A stretch of 54,334 bases of DNA from Patescibacteria group bacterium (GCA_040386515.1 JAZKFG010000005.1:97077-151410), one strand, 5' to 3'. Counted from the stretch's first letter, positions 29,804 through 39,494 are shown. Translations and numbers: made by a program. Notes: a model not told the origin generated them from the letters alone.

Positions 29804-29832
29804 AGTATAGAATGTTTTTCTGCGAGATGCAA
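29804..29832 (-). promoter_or_regulatory. Promoter TTGCAT-N17-TATACT, identical copy 2
   Basis: Exact match to 25725-25753. Confidence 0.75.
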
Positions 29833-29863
29833 TATGCTAAAATGCACAGTGAACCAATACCGT

Positions 29864-30043
29864 ATGAAAATTCCCGTTCCTTTTCAAATGCCACCCACTA
29901 TTGCTAACCCCTCCCCTTCGCATACATTATGTGTCGGACCAGGTGTTCGCACACCAAAAGAAAAACCTTCTCTATTTTCGCTGAGAAAGTTTCTTGGTCA
30001 GATTCACCACTCTGCAAAAGTTGGTGAATTCCTTCCTTTATGA
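29864..30043 (+). CDS. Putative small orphan protein (59 aa) or sRNA
   Basis: Extended -10 TGcTAAAAT at about 29835, ORF MKIPVPFQMPP...EFLPL, terminator CTCAGCCCT/AGGACTGAG + T-run at 30056-30090. Confidence 0.35.
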   Translation: MKIPVPFQMPPTIANPSPSHTLCVGPGVRTPKEKPSLFSLRKFLGQIHHSAKVGEFLPL

Positions 30044-30088
30044 AAACCTTACCATTCTCAGCCCTCCCCCAGGACTGAGTCTTATTTT

Positions 30089-30427
30089 TTATTTATCCTT
30101 AAAAATCTTCAACAGCACAATATTTACCAGCGTCAGCACAATAGAAAACAAAATCGCATTCAAAAATCCAGTCACTTCAAATCCAGGAACAACTGCACTG
30201 GCAAGCAATATAAGCAATCCATTTATAATAAATGTAAACAAACCGAGAGTTGCTATATTTACAGGTAAAGTTAAAAGAAGAAGCACAGGTCTAAGAATTG
30301 CATTCACAAACCCAATAACAATGGCTGCAATAAGCGCTCCAACTAAACCTACCTGAGATCCAGGCACAATAAATGCAGTAATACCAATAGCTATTGCGGA
30401 TATAATCCATGTCATAAGTAATGTCAT
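30089..30427 (-). CDS. Phage holin family (YvlD/DUF360-like) membrane protein
   Basis: VNAILRPVLLLLTLPVNIATLGLFTFIING, VVPGFEV.GF; start 30427. Confidence 0.85.
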   Translation of the reverse strand: MTLLMTWIISAIAIGITAFIVPGSQVGLVGALIAAIVIGFVNAILRPVLLLLTLPVNIATLGLFTFIINGLLILLASAVVPGFEVTGFLNAILFSIVLTLVNIVLLKIFKDK

Positions 30428-30473
30428 GTAATCAATGGTACTCCTTATATAAAGAGTATACAATACCCTCTAT

Positions 30474-32753
30474 ATGGATCCCTTCACTAAACGCCCGCTT
30501 AAAGACATTGTTCGTCTAACCAAACACCAACTCCCTGCTCTCAAGAAGCTTGGTATAGAGACAGTTGGTGATATGTTGTATCATTTTCCAGTTCGATACG
30601 GAAATAGTTTTAGTGCTATGTATATTATTGATGCCGAAGCTGATGGAGCTGGGACATTTTTCGGAATACTTGAAAAAGTCGAATCAGGCAGTTCATACAA
30701 ATCCCACATGCCTATGGTTACAGCCAATCTTGTTGATGAGTCTGGGAAAATAAAGCTAACTTGGTTTAATCAAATATACATTGGCAAAATGTTTAAAGAT
30801 GGCGACACTGTAAGAGTAACAGGAACTGTAAAAGAGCAAAGTGGTAAGTTAAGTCTTTTGAATCCAACTATTGAAAAAACCAAAGAAACTCCACTTGTTA
30901 CAGGAACTAATCTTTTCGGTGAGCAGAAAGAAGCATTGTTCATGCCTATATATAGAGAGAGTAAAGGCTTAACGTCTAACTTTATATATCACGCAATAAA
31001 AAAGATTTGCTCGCACCCTGATTTTGCAACTATTCCAGACCCTATTCCTGAAGACATTCGATCTCAATACAAGCTTCCCTCTTTGCAGTCAGCCTTGATA
31101 TGGATTCATATGCCTAAAAAAGAATCTGATGCAGACGCTGCAAAGAAAAGATTTTCATTTGAAGAAATATTTTACATACAGCTTGGAAATGCACAAAGAA
31201 GAAAAGAAGCTGCCGAAGCATCAGCATATTCATTTTCAAATCTTGACAATGCACTTGACGAGTTCAGGTCACATCTTAGTTTTGATTTAACAGATGCGCA
31301 AGAGCGAGCTATAGAATCAATCATTGCAGATTTTAGAAAAACACATCCAATGTCTCGTCTTCTTGAAGGAGATGTGGGATCTGGGAAAACTGCAGTGGCA
31401 GCGGCTGCATCATATGCAATTGTCTCATCGCGAGTGAAAAGCATGCGCGAGGGCGACCATGCGCATTCACGGCTTCAAGTCGCATATATGGCTCCAACAG
31501 AGATTTTGGCAAAGCAGCATTATGAATCATTTACACAGCTTTTTAGTAAGCTTCCTATAACAATAGGCCTTATCACAGGATCAGGGTGTAAAAAGTTTCC
31601 ATCTAAAATGGCGCTTGCTAATAATAAATTTGGTACAGATATTTCTAAGTCACAGTTTTTGAAATGGGTGGCCGCTGGAGAAATATCAATTATTATCGGA
31701 ACTCATGCGCTTATTCAAAAATCTATTGTCTTTAAAGATTTGGCTTTTGTGATTATTGATGAGCAGCATAGATTCGGAACAAAGCAGCGACAAAAGCTAG
31801 CGCAAAAACATATTGTACCTGAAGAAGTAAAGAAGGCTCAACTAAAAAAAGATGCGCTTCGTGTAACAAAAAGAATCGCATACGTTGATAACAAGTTGCA
31901 GCATAATTTTCCTCAGGTTATTCAAACACCTCACCTACTCTCTATGACTGCAACTCCAATTCCCCGAACTCTTGCTCTGACTATGTATGGTGATCTTGAT
32001 TTATCTATTGTTGATCAAATGCCATCAGGAAGAAAGCCTATTATCACTGAACTTATTACTGAAGCGCAACGTAAAGATATGTATGCATTTATAAATGCAC
32101 AGTTACGTGAGGGACGACAAGCATATGTTATCTGTGCACGTATTGCCGATCCGGATCCGGATCTTATGAATAAGCTTGTTCTGAAGTCAGTGCAGGAAGA
32201 AGCTATACGATTAAAAAAGAATGAATTGAAAGATTGGAAAATAGGAATACTGCACAGCAAAATGAAACCAGCCGAGAAAGATAAAATCATGGCGGAATTT
32301 TTGGCACACAAAATAGATGTGCTCGTTGCTACATCAGTAGTTGAGGTTGGAGTAAACGTTCCGAACTCTACTCTTATTGTGATTGAAGGAGCGGATAGAT
32401 TTGGATTGTCACAATTGCACCAGCTTAGAGGGCGTGTTATTCGAGGAAATCATCAGGCATACTGTTACCTTTGCACTCAAACTGTAAGTACAAAAAGTAT
32501 TGAACGATTGACTGCTCTTAAGAATGCCAAAAATGGATTCGAGCTTGCTGAGCTTGATTTGAAAATGAGAGGTGCTGGAGAATTATATGGAGATGTTCAG
32601 TGGGGATTGTCTGATATTGGAATGGAGGCTATTAAGAATTTGAAAATGGTTGAGGCTGCCAGAAATGCTGCTGCCAAAATAGTTGAGGGTGATTTACTTG
32701 AGCCGCATATGGAGGAGAGATTGAAGCTTGGTGATAAGGTGCATATGGAATAG
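30474..32753 (+). CDS. recG: ATP-dependent DNA helicase RecG
   Basis: RLLEGDVGSGKT, MAPTEILA.QH, IIDEQHRFG, MTATPIRT-like MTATPIPRTL, FGLSQLHQLRGRV. Confidence 0.96.
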   Translation: MDPFTKRPLKDIVRLTKHQLPALKKLGIETVGDMLYHFPVRYGNSFSAMYIIDAEADGAGTFFGILEKVESGSSYKSHMPMVTANLVDESGKIKLTWFNQIYIGKMFKDGDTVRVTGTVKEQSGKLSLLNPTIEKTKETPLVTGTNLFGEQKEALFMPIYRESKGLTSNFIYHAIKKICSHPDFATIPDPIPEDIRSQYKLPSLQSALIWIHMPKKESDADAAKKRFSFEEIFYIQLGNAQRRKEAAEASAYSFSNLDNALDEFRSHLSFDLTDAQERAIESIIADFRKTHPMSRLLEGDVGSGKTAVAAAASYAIVSSRVKSMREGDHAHSRLQVAYMAPTEILAKQHYESFTQLFSKLPITIGLITGSGCKKFPSKMALANNKFGTDISKSQFLKWVAAGEISIIIGTHALIQKSIVFKDLAFVIIDEQHRFGTKQRQKLAQKHIVPEEVKKAQLKKDALRVTKRIAYVDNKLQHNFPQVIQTPHLLSMTATPIPRTLALTMYGDLDLSIVDQMPSGRKPIITELITEAQRKDMYAFINAQLREGRQAYVICARIADPDPDLMNKLVLKSVQEEAIRLKKNELKDWKIGILHSKMKPAEKDKIMAEFLAHKIDVLVATSVVEVGVNVPNSTLIVIEGADRFGLSQLHQLRGRVIRGNHQAYCYLCTQTVSTKSIERLTALKNAKNGFELAELDLKMRGAGELYGDVQWGLSDIGMEAIKNLKMVEAARNAAAKIVEGDLLEPHMEERLKLGDKVHME

Positions 32754-32794
32754 CTTTAAGCATGTTCATGAGAAATTCATGTTAACATTAAAAC

Positions 32795-33955
32795 ATGCAA
32801 TCTAACTTAAAAACTCAATATCCATTGAGTCCGAAAAAATTAACAAAGAAGATGTTAGCATCAGCTATACCCTTCTTTATACTGGCAATGATTATAGGAA
32901 TTCCAGGAGCAATGGGAATTCAGGCGCTTACCTCACCAGGCAGCGATATCATGATGACATTAATTTTTGGCATACTTGGCGGACTTTTCGCATTTGCCAT
33001 TATCATGTTTATATATAGTCTATATATTAAATATTATATAAAGACATATTATTATTCAGACGACGAAGATTTCTTAACTATTAAAAAAGGTGTATTTGCA
33101 CCAACTGAAATTCATGTGCAATATCTTAAAATTCAAGACGTGTTTGTTGATCAGGATATTCTTGATAGAATTTTAGGAATTTATGATGTGCATATTTCTA
33201 GTGCAACATATTCATCAGGAATTGAAGCGCATATTGATGGAGTAGATAAAGCAGGTGCAGATGGACTTAAAAATCTTTTCCTTGGTAAAATGAAGCGTTC
33301 TTCAAACGGTTCACAGAGTCAGCAATTTGTAGCAGCACCTACTTCTGTTGATCAAAGCACAGATTCAACAACATCAACAAATGAACCTGTGAAAGCAATG
33401 TTCTCATCACCTATTTCAAGTTCTGTGTATGGACTTAGTAGTAACTGGTGGGTTAGTGAATTGGTTAAGCTAGCCATTGGCTCAGTAACAACTCCCTTTT
33501 TTATCACTTTATGGTTTGTCTTTCGAGAAAGCGACAACATGACATCAGGCTTTTGGAAATTTGCGCTTATAATCTGGTTTAGTGTTTTTGTTATTTTTGT
33601 TATCTATCGATCACTCTATTTATTTCTTTGGAAAAAGCATTATACGTATAACTTTGGCGAAGAATATATTTACATGAAAGTTGGAGTGCTCAGTGTTTCA
33701 GAAAAGAATATGGGATATAACACTATTCAGGACGTTAAAGTAAATCAGTCTTTTATCGACCGAATATTTGGAGTAGCTGATGTGATTATTGAAAATGCAT
33801 CGCCTAACATTGTTATGACTAGCAGAAATCAAGAAATTCCTGCTGGAGCAAATGGAATTGTCATTGAAGGTTTACAACTTGCTGATGCACAAAAAGTTGC
33901 AGAAGAAGTAAAGAAAGTTACACTTAGCAAATCAACTAATACAAAAGGAATATAA
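32795..33955 (+). CDS. Membrane protein with two bacterial PH (bPH_2) domains
   Basis: Twice I.KGV....E....Y..IQDV.V.Q..LDRI.G..DV.I..A, each after TM helices. Confidence 0.82.
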   Translation: MQSNLKTQYPLSPKKLTKKMLASAIPFFILAMIIGIPGAMGIQALTSPGSDIMMTLIFGILGGLFAFAIIMFIYSLYIKYYIKTYYYSDDEDFLTIKKGVFAPTEIHVQYLKIQDVFVDQDILDRILGIYDVHISSATYSSGIEAHIDGVDKAGADGLKNLFLGKMKRSSNGSQSQQFVAAPTSVDQSTDSTTSTNEPVKAMFSSPISSSVYGLSSNWWVSELVKLAIGSVTTPFFITLWFVFRESDNMTSGFWKFALIIWFSVFVIFVIYRSLYLFLWKKHYTYNFGEEYIYMKVGVLSVSEKNMGYNTIQDVKVNQSFIDRIFGVADVIIENASPNIVMTSRNQEIPAGANGIVIEGLQLADAQKVAEEVKKVTLSKSTNTKGI

Positions 33956-33959
33956 TTAT

Positions 33960-34535
33960 ATGAAAGCATTTGGAATCATTATTATTGTTGCGTGTTTGGC
34001 ACTTAACATATTCATCGGATTATTTTTATTTGGAAAAAGTATAGAGACTACAATTGCAAATGAAAGGACATCAACTTCTACTGCCACACTTTCGTATGCT
34101 GCGTATGGTTTCAGTATGCAATTTCCTGCAGGATATGAAAAAATGGCAGAACTACCTGGTGACAATATGGTTGATGCATTTGCATATAGAAATGGAAAAG
34201 CTGTTAATCCAGTACTTCAAATATACGTATCACCAAATGCAACTGAAGCAGACCCAATGACAAGTCAGGAATATAAAGAATTGAGCAGTAAAAGCATAAC
34301 AAAAAACACAGGAGTTGAATATATTGATGGAGGAATTGCCACATCAACACAAGGCATTAAAATGTATTACGATACAATCCTTGAAACTGACGATGCAGCA
34401 CCGAATAAACAAAAGTTGTATACATTTTATATAAACGGCAATGCAATAATGTTACTTTGGGTGGATGAGCCAGGACAGTTTGACGCATCCCTTCCAGACT
34501 TTGAGAAGATTGTCAGTTCGGTTGCTAAGATATAA
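33960..34535 (+). CDS. Membrane-anchored extracytoplasmic protein, PsbP-like
   Basis: N-terminal TM, YGFSMQFPAGY, C-terminal FEKIVSS. Confidence 0.6.
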   Translation: MKAFGIIIIVACLALNIFIGLFLFGKSIETTIANERTSTSTATLSYAAYGFSMQFPAGYEKMAELPGDNMVDAFAYRNGKAVNPVLQIYVSPNATEADPMTSQEYKELSSKSITKNTGVEYIDGGIATSTQGIKMYYDTILETDDAAPNKQKLYTFYINGNAIMLLWVDEPGQFDASLPDFEKIVSSVAKI

Positions 34536-34541
34536 TATACG

Positions 34542-34571
34542 AAAAAACACAGGGAGTTCCCTGTGTTTTTT
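34542..34571. terminator. Bidirectional terminator
   Basis: AAAAAACACAGGG-agtt-CCCTGTGTTTTTT. Confidence 0.85.
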
Positions 34572-34576
34572 ACTTG

Positions 34577-34649
34577 TGCAAACACTTGGATTCGAACCAA
34601 GGACCGGTCGTGTATAAGACGACTGCTCTACCGACTGAGCTATGCTTGC
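34577..34649 (-). tRNA. tRNA-Ile(TAT)
   Basis: GCAAGCA/TGTTTGC acceptor, GCTC D stem, GTCGT-CTTATAC-ACGAC anticodon arm, CTTGG-TTCGAAT-CCAAG T arm, A73. Confidence 0.92.
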
Positions 34650-34726
34650 GTAAGGTGAATATACCACACTTTATATGTGTAATCAAAAGCTGTATGTGCT
34701 GTAGATAATGTAGTAGTATTGTATAT

Positions 34727-35401
34727 ATGAAAGAAGGATTTACACCAAAAGAAATATCAGAAGAAGAATTAACAGCAATAGAGCGCCTCTTTCGAGATGG
34801 TGTTGATAGACTAGGAATTGACATCGATGAATATAGAAAAATATGTGAAGCAGATGAGGATGCTAAGGAATTATTCGAAGATATGGTTGATAAATGCTTG
34901 GACTACACTGTTGATGTAAGTAATATGGAAAGGCACGCACGAGAACAACCTCATTCAGATATAGAGGATAGTGAAGCAATTTCTAACAAAAGAAAAATAA
35001 CACACAACGCGACCGTTGATCGTATTAATATTTTCGCTAGATATTTTAGCAAAAAATTTGGTAAAAGATCTTTTGTGACTTGGGATGGAAATGATAGATT
35101 TCGATATGGAATATTTGCAATTAATTTAACATTAAATTTATTTAAAAATAAGATTTTAGTTGATTTAATTAAAGAAAAAAATGCAAGTGCAGAAATAGAT
35201 ACATCAAGCCTTAGAGAATCAGCAACAGCACAGGAATTATTAGTATTAGATTATGTAGATATTCTTTGTATTGCAGAAAAAGAAGATAGACCTCTATTGG
35301 ATGAAGAAAAATCAAAGCTGTCACAAATTGAAGCAGAATTAAATCAAACTGCAGACAAAATTCTCGGAGCATTTCATCAAATATATATCAGAAGATATTA
35401 A
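34727..35401 (+). CDS. Hypothetical helical protein (possible DUF3232-like motif)
   Basis: 224-aa ORF; RKITHNATVDRINIFARY...DR..YG.FA. Confidence 0.6.
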   Translation: MKEGFTPKEISEEELTAIERLFRDGVDRLGIDIDEYRKICEADEDAKELFEDMVDKCLDYTVDVSNMERHAREQPHSDIEDSEAISNKRKITHNATVDRINIFARYFSKKFGKRSFVTWDGNDRFRYGIFAINLTLNLFKNKILVDLIKEKNASAEIDTSSLRESATAQELLVLDYVDILCIAEKEDRPLLDEEKSKLSQIEAELNQTADKILGAFHQIYIRRY

Positions 35402-35403
35402 TC

Positions 35404-36339
35404 TTATCTCCCCTTCCGGTGAAAATTCTTATGCACCTCATGCAAATGTCTATCCGTCACATGCGTATACACTTGCGTAGTTGTAATATTTGAATGACCT
35501 AAAAGTGCCTGCACAGAACGTAGATCAGCTCCATTTGAAAGTAAATCAGTAGCAAAACAATGTCGTAACACGTGAGGTGTTACTTTTTTTGTTATACCAG
35601 CCATAACCGCATATCGCTTTACAATTCTTTCAATAGTTCTTCTATCTAATCCTTCATATGAATCTTTATTTTTCATCTTTTTCTTTTCATCAGCAAGTGG
35701 AACAAATAGCGCATCGGACATATCTTTTCTTGCTTTTAAATATTCCTTAACAGCATGCTTTGCCTCTTCAGATAAAAACACTACTCTTACCTTTCCTCCT
35801 TTTCCTCGTATTGAAAATTCATCTCTATGTAAATCCAAATCAGATGTAAGTGAACACAATTCAGACACACGAAGTCCTGTTGAAAATAAAAGCTCAAGCA
35901 CTGCTTTGCCTCTCCATTTTCTCTCTTCATCTTTTTCTTTATCAGGCGCCTCTAACAGTCTTTTTAATTCTTCTGCTGAAATAATATCAACTGTTCTCGG
36001 TTCTACTTTAGCTAATTCTATTTGATCTGATGCGAGTGATGTGTGTCCGCGTTTTGCCAACATTTTTAAAAAGCTTCTGATAGCAATAAGATAATAGTTC
36101 TGAGTTTTCTTTTTAATAGTTGTTTGTGTTTGTCTGTTATTCCCTGTTACCTGCCGATTAAGCCATAGACGAAATTCTCGGAGCTTTTCAGGAGTAATGT
36201 CTTTTGGTTCTTGAAATTTACCATGGTTTAAAAAAACAGTCAGATAGTGATCGTAATTCTGCACTGTTCGTATTGCTCGTCCTTTTTCTATTTCTATATA
36301 TTCTAGAAACTCTTGCTTTAAACTTTGAATTGAGGCCAT
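35404..36339 (-). CDS. XerC/XerD-family tyrosine recombinase
   Basis: FLEYIEIEKG...TV.NY, LFSTGLRVSEL, GKGGKVR, TPHVLRHCFATDLL.NGADLRSVQ.LLGHS...TTQVYTHV. Confidence 0.93.
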   Translation of the reverse strand: MASIQSLKQEFLEYIEIEKGRAIRTVQNYDHYLTVFLNHGKFQEPKDITPEKLREFRLWLNRQVTGNNRQTQTTIKKKTQNYYLIAIRSFLKMLAKRGHTSLASDQIELAKVEPRTVDIISAEELKRLLEAPDKEKDEERKWRGKAVLELLFSTGLRVSELCSLTSDLDLHRDEFSIRGKGGKVRVVFLSEEAKHAVKEYLKARKDMSDALFVPLADEKKKMKNKDSYEGLDRRTIERIVKRYAVMAGITKKVTPHVLRHCFATDLLSNGADLRSVQALLGHSNITTTQVYTHVTDRHLHEVHKNFHRKGR

Positions 36340-36362
36340 TGGGTGTAGTATATCATTTTAGG

Positions 36363-36403
36363 AAAATAAAAAACCCGGCTGCCAAGGTGGCAAACACGGG
36401 TCC
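36363..36403 (-). terminator. Bulged terminator of orphan cassette
   Basis: Minus: ACCCG-tgtt-TGCCA-cct-TGGCA-gc-CGGGT-TTTTATTTT. Confidence 0.7.
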
Positions 36404-36437
36404 GAGGATAATCTTGATTTTAGAGGCAAATTTTTAA

Positions 36438-36680
36438 TTATACCTTTTTCTTTCGCTCCAAAAGATGAGCGCCAAATACCGCCGCAGTCAAGCCCACAAG
36501 TTGATACTGAGCCATTCTTCCCGGAGTAAGGCCGAATATTATTTCTGGTGCGATTCTATCACCAAACTCATCAATCCGTTCCCCTGCCGTCAAATTGGCA
36601 AAAAAAGAGAAACCAAGAGGGCTAAGGAGCGTACCGACAACAGCAAGCCCAATAAGAGAAACAAGAATTTTTTTATTCAT
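36438..36680 (-). CDS. Small 2-TM orphan protein
   Basis: Start ATG 36680 (MNKKILVSL); upstream TTGACT-N17-CAATAT promoter; own terminator. Confidence 0.6.
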   Translation of the reverse strand: MNKKILVSLIGLAVVGTLLSPLGFSFFANLTAGERIDEFGDRIAPEIIFGLTPGRMAQYQLVGLTAAVFGAHLLERKKKV

Positions 36681-36765
36681 AGAGAAGGAGCGTTTATACA
36701 ACAAAGACACTTGTCGTATAAGCACATATTGCCACATAAGGGATTTATAGTCAATACATTATGTA

Positions 36766-36802
36766 AAAACACCCTGTGCCAGTGTGTGTGGCCCAGGGTT
36801 AA
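36766..36802 (-). terminator. Bulged terminator of orphan cassette
   Basis: Minus: ACCCTG-g-GCCA-cacacac-TGGC-a-CAGGGT-GTTTTT. Confidence 0.7.
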
Positions 36803-36837
36803 GGTTTTTGTAAATCAATCAAAATGAGGATTTACTC

Positions 36838-37203
36838 TCAGGGGTCCAACACCTCATCATCTATCGGTGCGGGCCGGTTTTTACTGCTTTTTCTTGCAGC
36901 AAGCACGATTAACCAACCGAAGAGCACCAGAAGAAGAAGCCCTCCAATAGGATTGAGAATATTACGTATGATAGGATTATTACTTGATGTTCCCCCATAA
37001 TCGTAAGAGACGTTGTTGATCGGTTCCATTTTGGACATAGGCAAGGTAGACTCGCCCACGGTCATAATCTTCATTCCAACTCGGTAAGGATTGGTGGATT
37101 CCGTGATCACACCGTTTATAACAACGTCACGCGTGACAGTATTAGCATGAACCGAGGTAAGGAAGTTCGAAAGGGCAAAAATGAAAAGGATTAAAAATTT
37201 CAT
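36838..37203 (-). CDS. Secreted orphan protein with C-terminal TM anchor
   Basis: Start ATG 37203 (MKFLILFIFALSNFLTSVHA signal); TM + ARKSSKNR. Confidence 0.65.
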   Translation of the reverse strand: MKFLILFIFALSNFLTSVHANTVTRDVVINGVITESTNPYRVGMKIMTVGESTLPMSKMEPINNVSYDYGGTSSNNPIIRNILNPIGGLLLLVLFGWLIVLAARKSSKNRPAPIDDEVLDP

Positions 37204-37220
37204 AAAGTTCAAAGTTGAAA

Positions 37221-37523
37221 TTAACGATTTTCTCCTCCGTAAATGGAATCGCTCACGATGTGGCGACGAGTGGGTCTGATTTTCCACAGAAGACAACCTG
37301 CGCTCACGATTAATGCAGCAGCAATGATCCAAGAGCTCAAGTCAGGCTCGTCGTCTTCATTCGCCTCGTACCCATCGGGCACTGACGCATGAGGAATGTT
37401 GACCGGGACAGCGTTGGGATTCATGGCCGCAACAATAGCCGGCGCAGGACTGTTCTTCTCCGCCTTGGCAGGGATCATAAACATGGTGGACAAGGAGATT
37501 CCGAAAACGCAAAGAATTTTCAT
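37221..37523 (-). CDS. Secreted orphan protein with VPDG...TM...basic tail
   Basis: Signal peptide ending AKA; SVPDG, acidic linker, TM, KIRPTRR; GC3-rich codons. Confidence 0.65.
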   Translation of the reverse strand: MKILCVFGISLSTMFMIPAKAEKNSPAPAIVAAMNPNAVPVNIPHASVPDGYEANEDDEPDLSSWIIAAALIVSAGCLLWKIRPTRRHIVSDSIYGGENR

Positions 37524-37587
37524 AGTGATTAAGTGTTAAGGTCTGAATGGTGGTATTTTTTGGCAGCAAAAGATTTTGCCACACAAA

Positions 37588-37619
37588 AACACTATATCAC
37601 GTGATATAGTGTTAGTCAA
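37588..37619 (-). promoter_or_regulatory. Perfect 26-bp palindrome within TTGACT-N17-TATAGT promoter (possibly also the ftsH terminator)
   Basis: AACACTATATCAC|GTGATATAGTGTT at 37588-37613. Confidence 0.7.
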
Positions 37620-37634
37620 TTATCTATAAGAACC

Positions 37635-39494
37635 CTACTTAATAATCTCAATCCCTTCCTTCACCAAAATAGCCTCATATTCAGCCTGCTCAAGAGTTTC
37701 AAACTCAACCAATGCCTTAGCCACTGCGTCCAATGCACTTCTCTTCTCCTCTATAATCTTAAGCGCTCTTTCGTATGCATGCTTCATAATTTTTGAAACT
37801 TCAGAGTCAATCAACTCTCCAGTCTTTTCACTAAATGCATTGTCCTCCACTCCATTTCCAAACATAGTTTTTCCACCTCCTGGAAGCAGCGCCATTGCTC
37901 CAATCTCATCAGACATACCGTACTTCGTTACCATATCCCGTGCCATAGCTGAAGCAACTTGCAAATCATTAGAAGGACCAGTTGTTATATCTCCAAAAAT
38001 AGTTTTCTCAACAACATATCCCCCAAGAGAAACTGCAATGTCATCCAGGAACTCATTTTTAGATTGTGTCTTTCTTTCAACTCCCGGAAGCTTAAGCATA
38101 TATCCAAGTGCTCGGCCTCTCGAAATAATAGAAATCTTATGCACAGGATCAGCATGCTTTAAAATAGTTGAAACAATTGCATGGCCTGCTTCATGATAGG
38201 CTGTTAATTCTTTTTCTTTTACAGTTAATGCATGTGTCTGTCGAACTGGACCAAGCATTACTTTTTCAACTGATCGTACAAGATCATGCTGTGATACTTC
38301 TGTGTGTCCTTCTCGTGCTGCAAGTATTGCCGCTTCATTCATAAGACTATGAAGATCTGCTCCAGAAAATCCAGGAGTTCTCTCAGCGATAGTTTCTAGT
38401 CGAGTATCTTCTGCAAGCGGCTTATTCTTTGCATGCACTTTCAAAATCTCTACTCTATCTTTTCGATCAGGCAATTCTACATTCACTCGTCTATCAAATC
38501 GTCCAGGTCGTAATAGTGCAGGATCAAGTACATCAGGTCTGTTTGTGGCAGCCATAACAATAACTGCTTCTGCAGGTTCGAATCCATCCATTTCAACAAG
38601 GATTTGATTGAGTGTCTGTTCTCGCTCATCATTTCCTCCTCCCATTCCAACTCCTCTGACTCGTCCTACCGCATCAATCTCATCTATGAAAATAATAGCA
38701 GGGGCCGATGCTCGAGCTACCTTAAACATATCTCGCACTCTCGATGCCCCAACTCCTACAAATAATTCCACAAACTCTGATCCTGATATAGAAAAGAAAG
38801 AAACATTGGCCTCACCTGCTACGGCTCGTGCTAACAATGTCTTTCCTGTTCCAGGCGCTCCCATAAGCAATATTCCTTTTGGAATACGTGCTCCGATATC
38901 TAGAAACTTTTTAGGATTTTTAAGAAAATCTACAACCTCTTCAAGCTCATGCTTTGCTTCTTTTGCTCCAGCCACATCTTTAAAAGTAATCTTTTGCTTT
39001 TGTCCTTCTGGATGCATCATGCGCGCTCGTGAATTTCCAAAAGCCATTGCCCCACTTGGTCCACGTGACTGTCGTGAAAAGAACCATAGAATTGCTAGGA
39101 AAAATAATATTGGCAATAAGAATGGAAATATTGCACTTAGCCAATATCCTGCCCCTGATTCAGTTTTAACTTCAAATGGAATTGCTGCAAGCTTTTCTTT
39201 GTTCACACCCATATTTGTCAATGTCTCTGTCAATGATGACTGATCTTCTTTTTTACTAGTCTTTTTTGTGCCGTCTGTATACTCTATATCAATAGTATTA
39301 GCAGTTGTTTGAATACGAGCAACTTTATCAGCTTGAATATCCTGCACTATTTGGTTCAAGGCAATCTCTTTAGAATCATCATTCGTTCCGAACAAATCCT
39401 GTGCAAGAATAATGATAAGGAAAATAAGCACCAATCCAAATATATTTTTGGCTAGAATATTTTTTACGCTTTGCGGTTTTTTTGTGGCTTTCAT
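37635..39494 (-). CDS. ftsH: ATP-dependent zinc metalloprotease FtsH
   Basis: Two [44 protein letters not shown]. Confidence 0.97.
   Translation of the reverse strand: MKATKKPQSVKNILAKNIFGLVLIFLIIILAQDLFGTNDDSKEIALNQIVQDIQADKVARIQTTANTIDIEYTDGTKKTSKKEDQSSLTETLTNMGVNKEKLAAIPFEVKTESGAGYWLSAIFPFLLPILFFLAILWFFSRQSRGPSGAMAFGNSRARMMHPEGQKQKITFKDVAGAKEAKHELEEVVDFLKNPKKFLDIGARIPKGILLMGAPGTGKTLLARAVAGEANVSFFSISGSEFVELFVGVGASRVRDMFKVARASAPAIIFIDEIDAVGRVRGVGMGGGNDEREQTLNQILVEMDGFEPAEAVIVMAATNRPDVLDPALLRPGRFDRRVNVELPDRKDRVEILKVHAKNKPLAEDTRLETIAERTPGFSGADLHSLMNEAAILAAREGHTEVSQHDLVRSVEKVMLGPVRQTHALTVKEKELTAYHEAGHAIVSTILKHADPVHKISIISRGRALGYMLKLPGVERKTQSKNEFLDDIAVSLGGYVVEKTIFGDITTGPSNDLQVASAMARDMVTKYGMSDEIGAMALLPGGGKTMFGNGVEDNAFSEKTGELIDSEVSKIMKHAYERALKIIEEKRSALDAVAKALVEFETLEQAEYEAILVKEGIEIIK

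Noticed and set aside
30089-30427. Prophage suggested by the phage-holin-family gene
   Set aside because: This family is commonly chromosomal; no phage structural or replication genes nearby.
34577-36339. Xer gene as the integrase of an island at tRNA-Ile, or as IntI
   Set aside because: Looks like a housekeeping XerC/D (no visible IntI insertion) and I found no duplicate of the tRNA-Ile 3' end. A trans role at the ssrA array is not excluded.
38608-39243. 211-aa plus-strand ORF, and similar antisense ORFs (e.g. 17503-17991, 28802-29281, 37840-38196)
   Set aside because: Shadow frames opposite well-supported genes (ftsH, nfi, surface protein).
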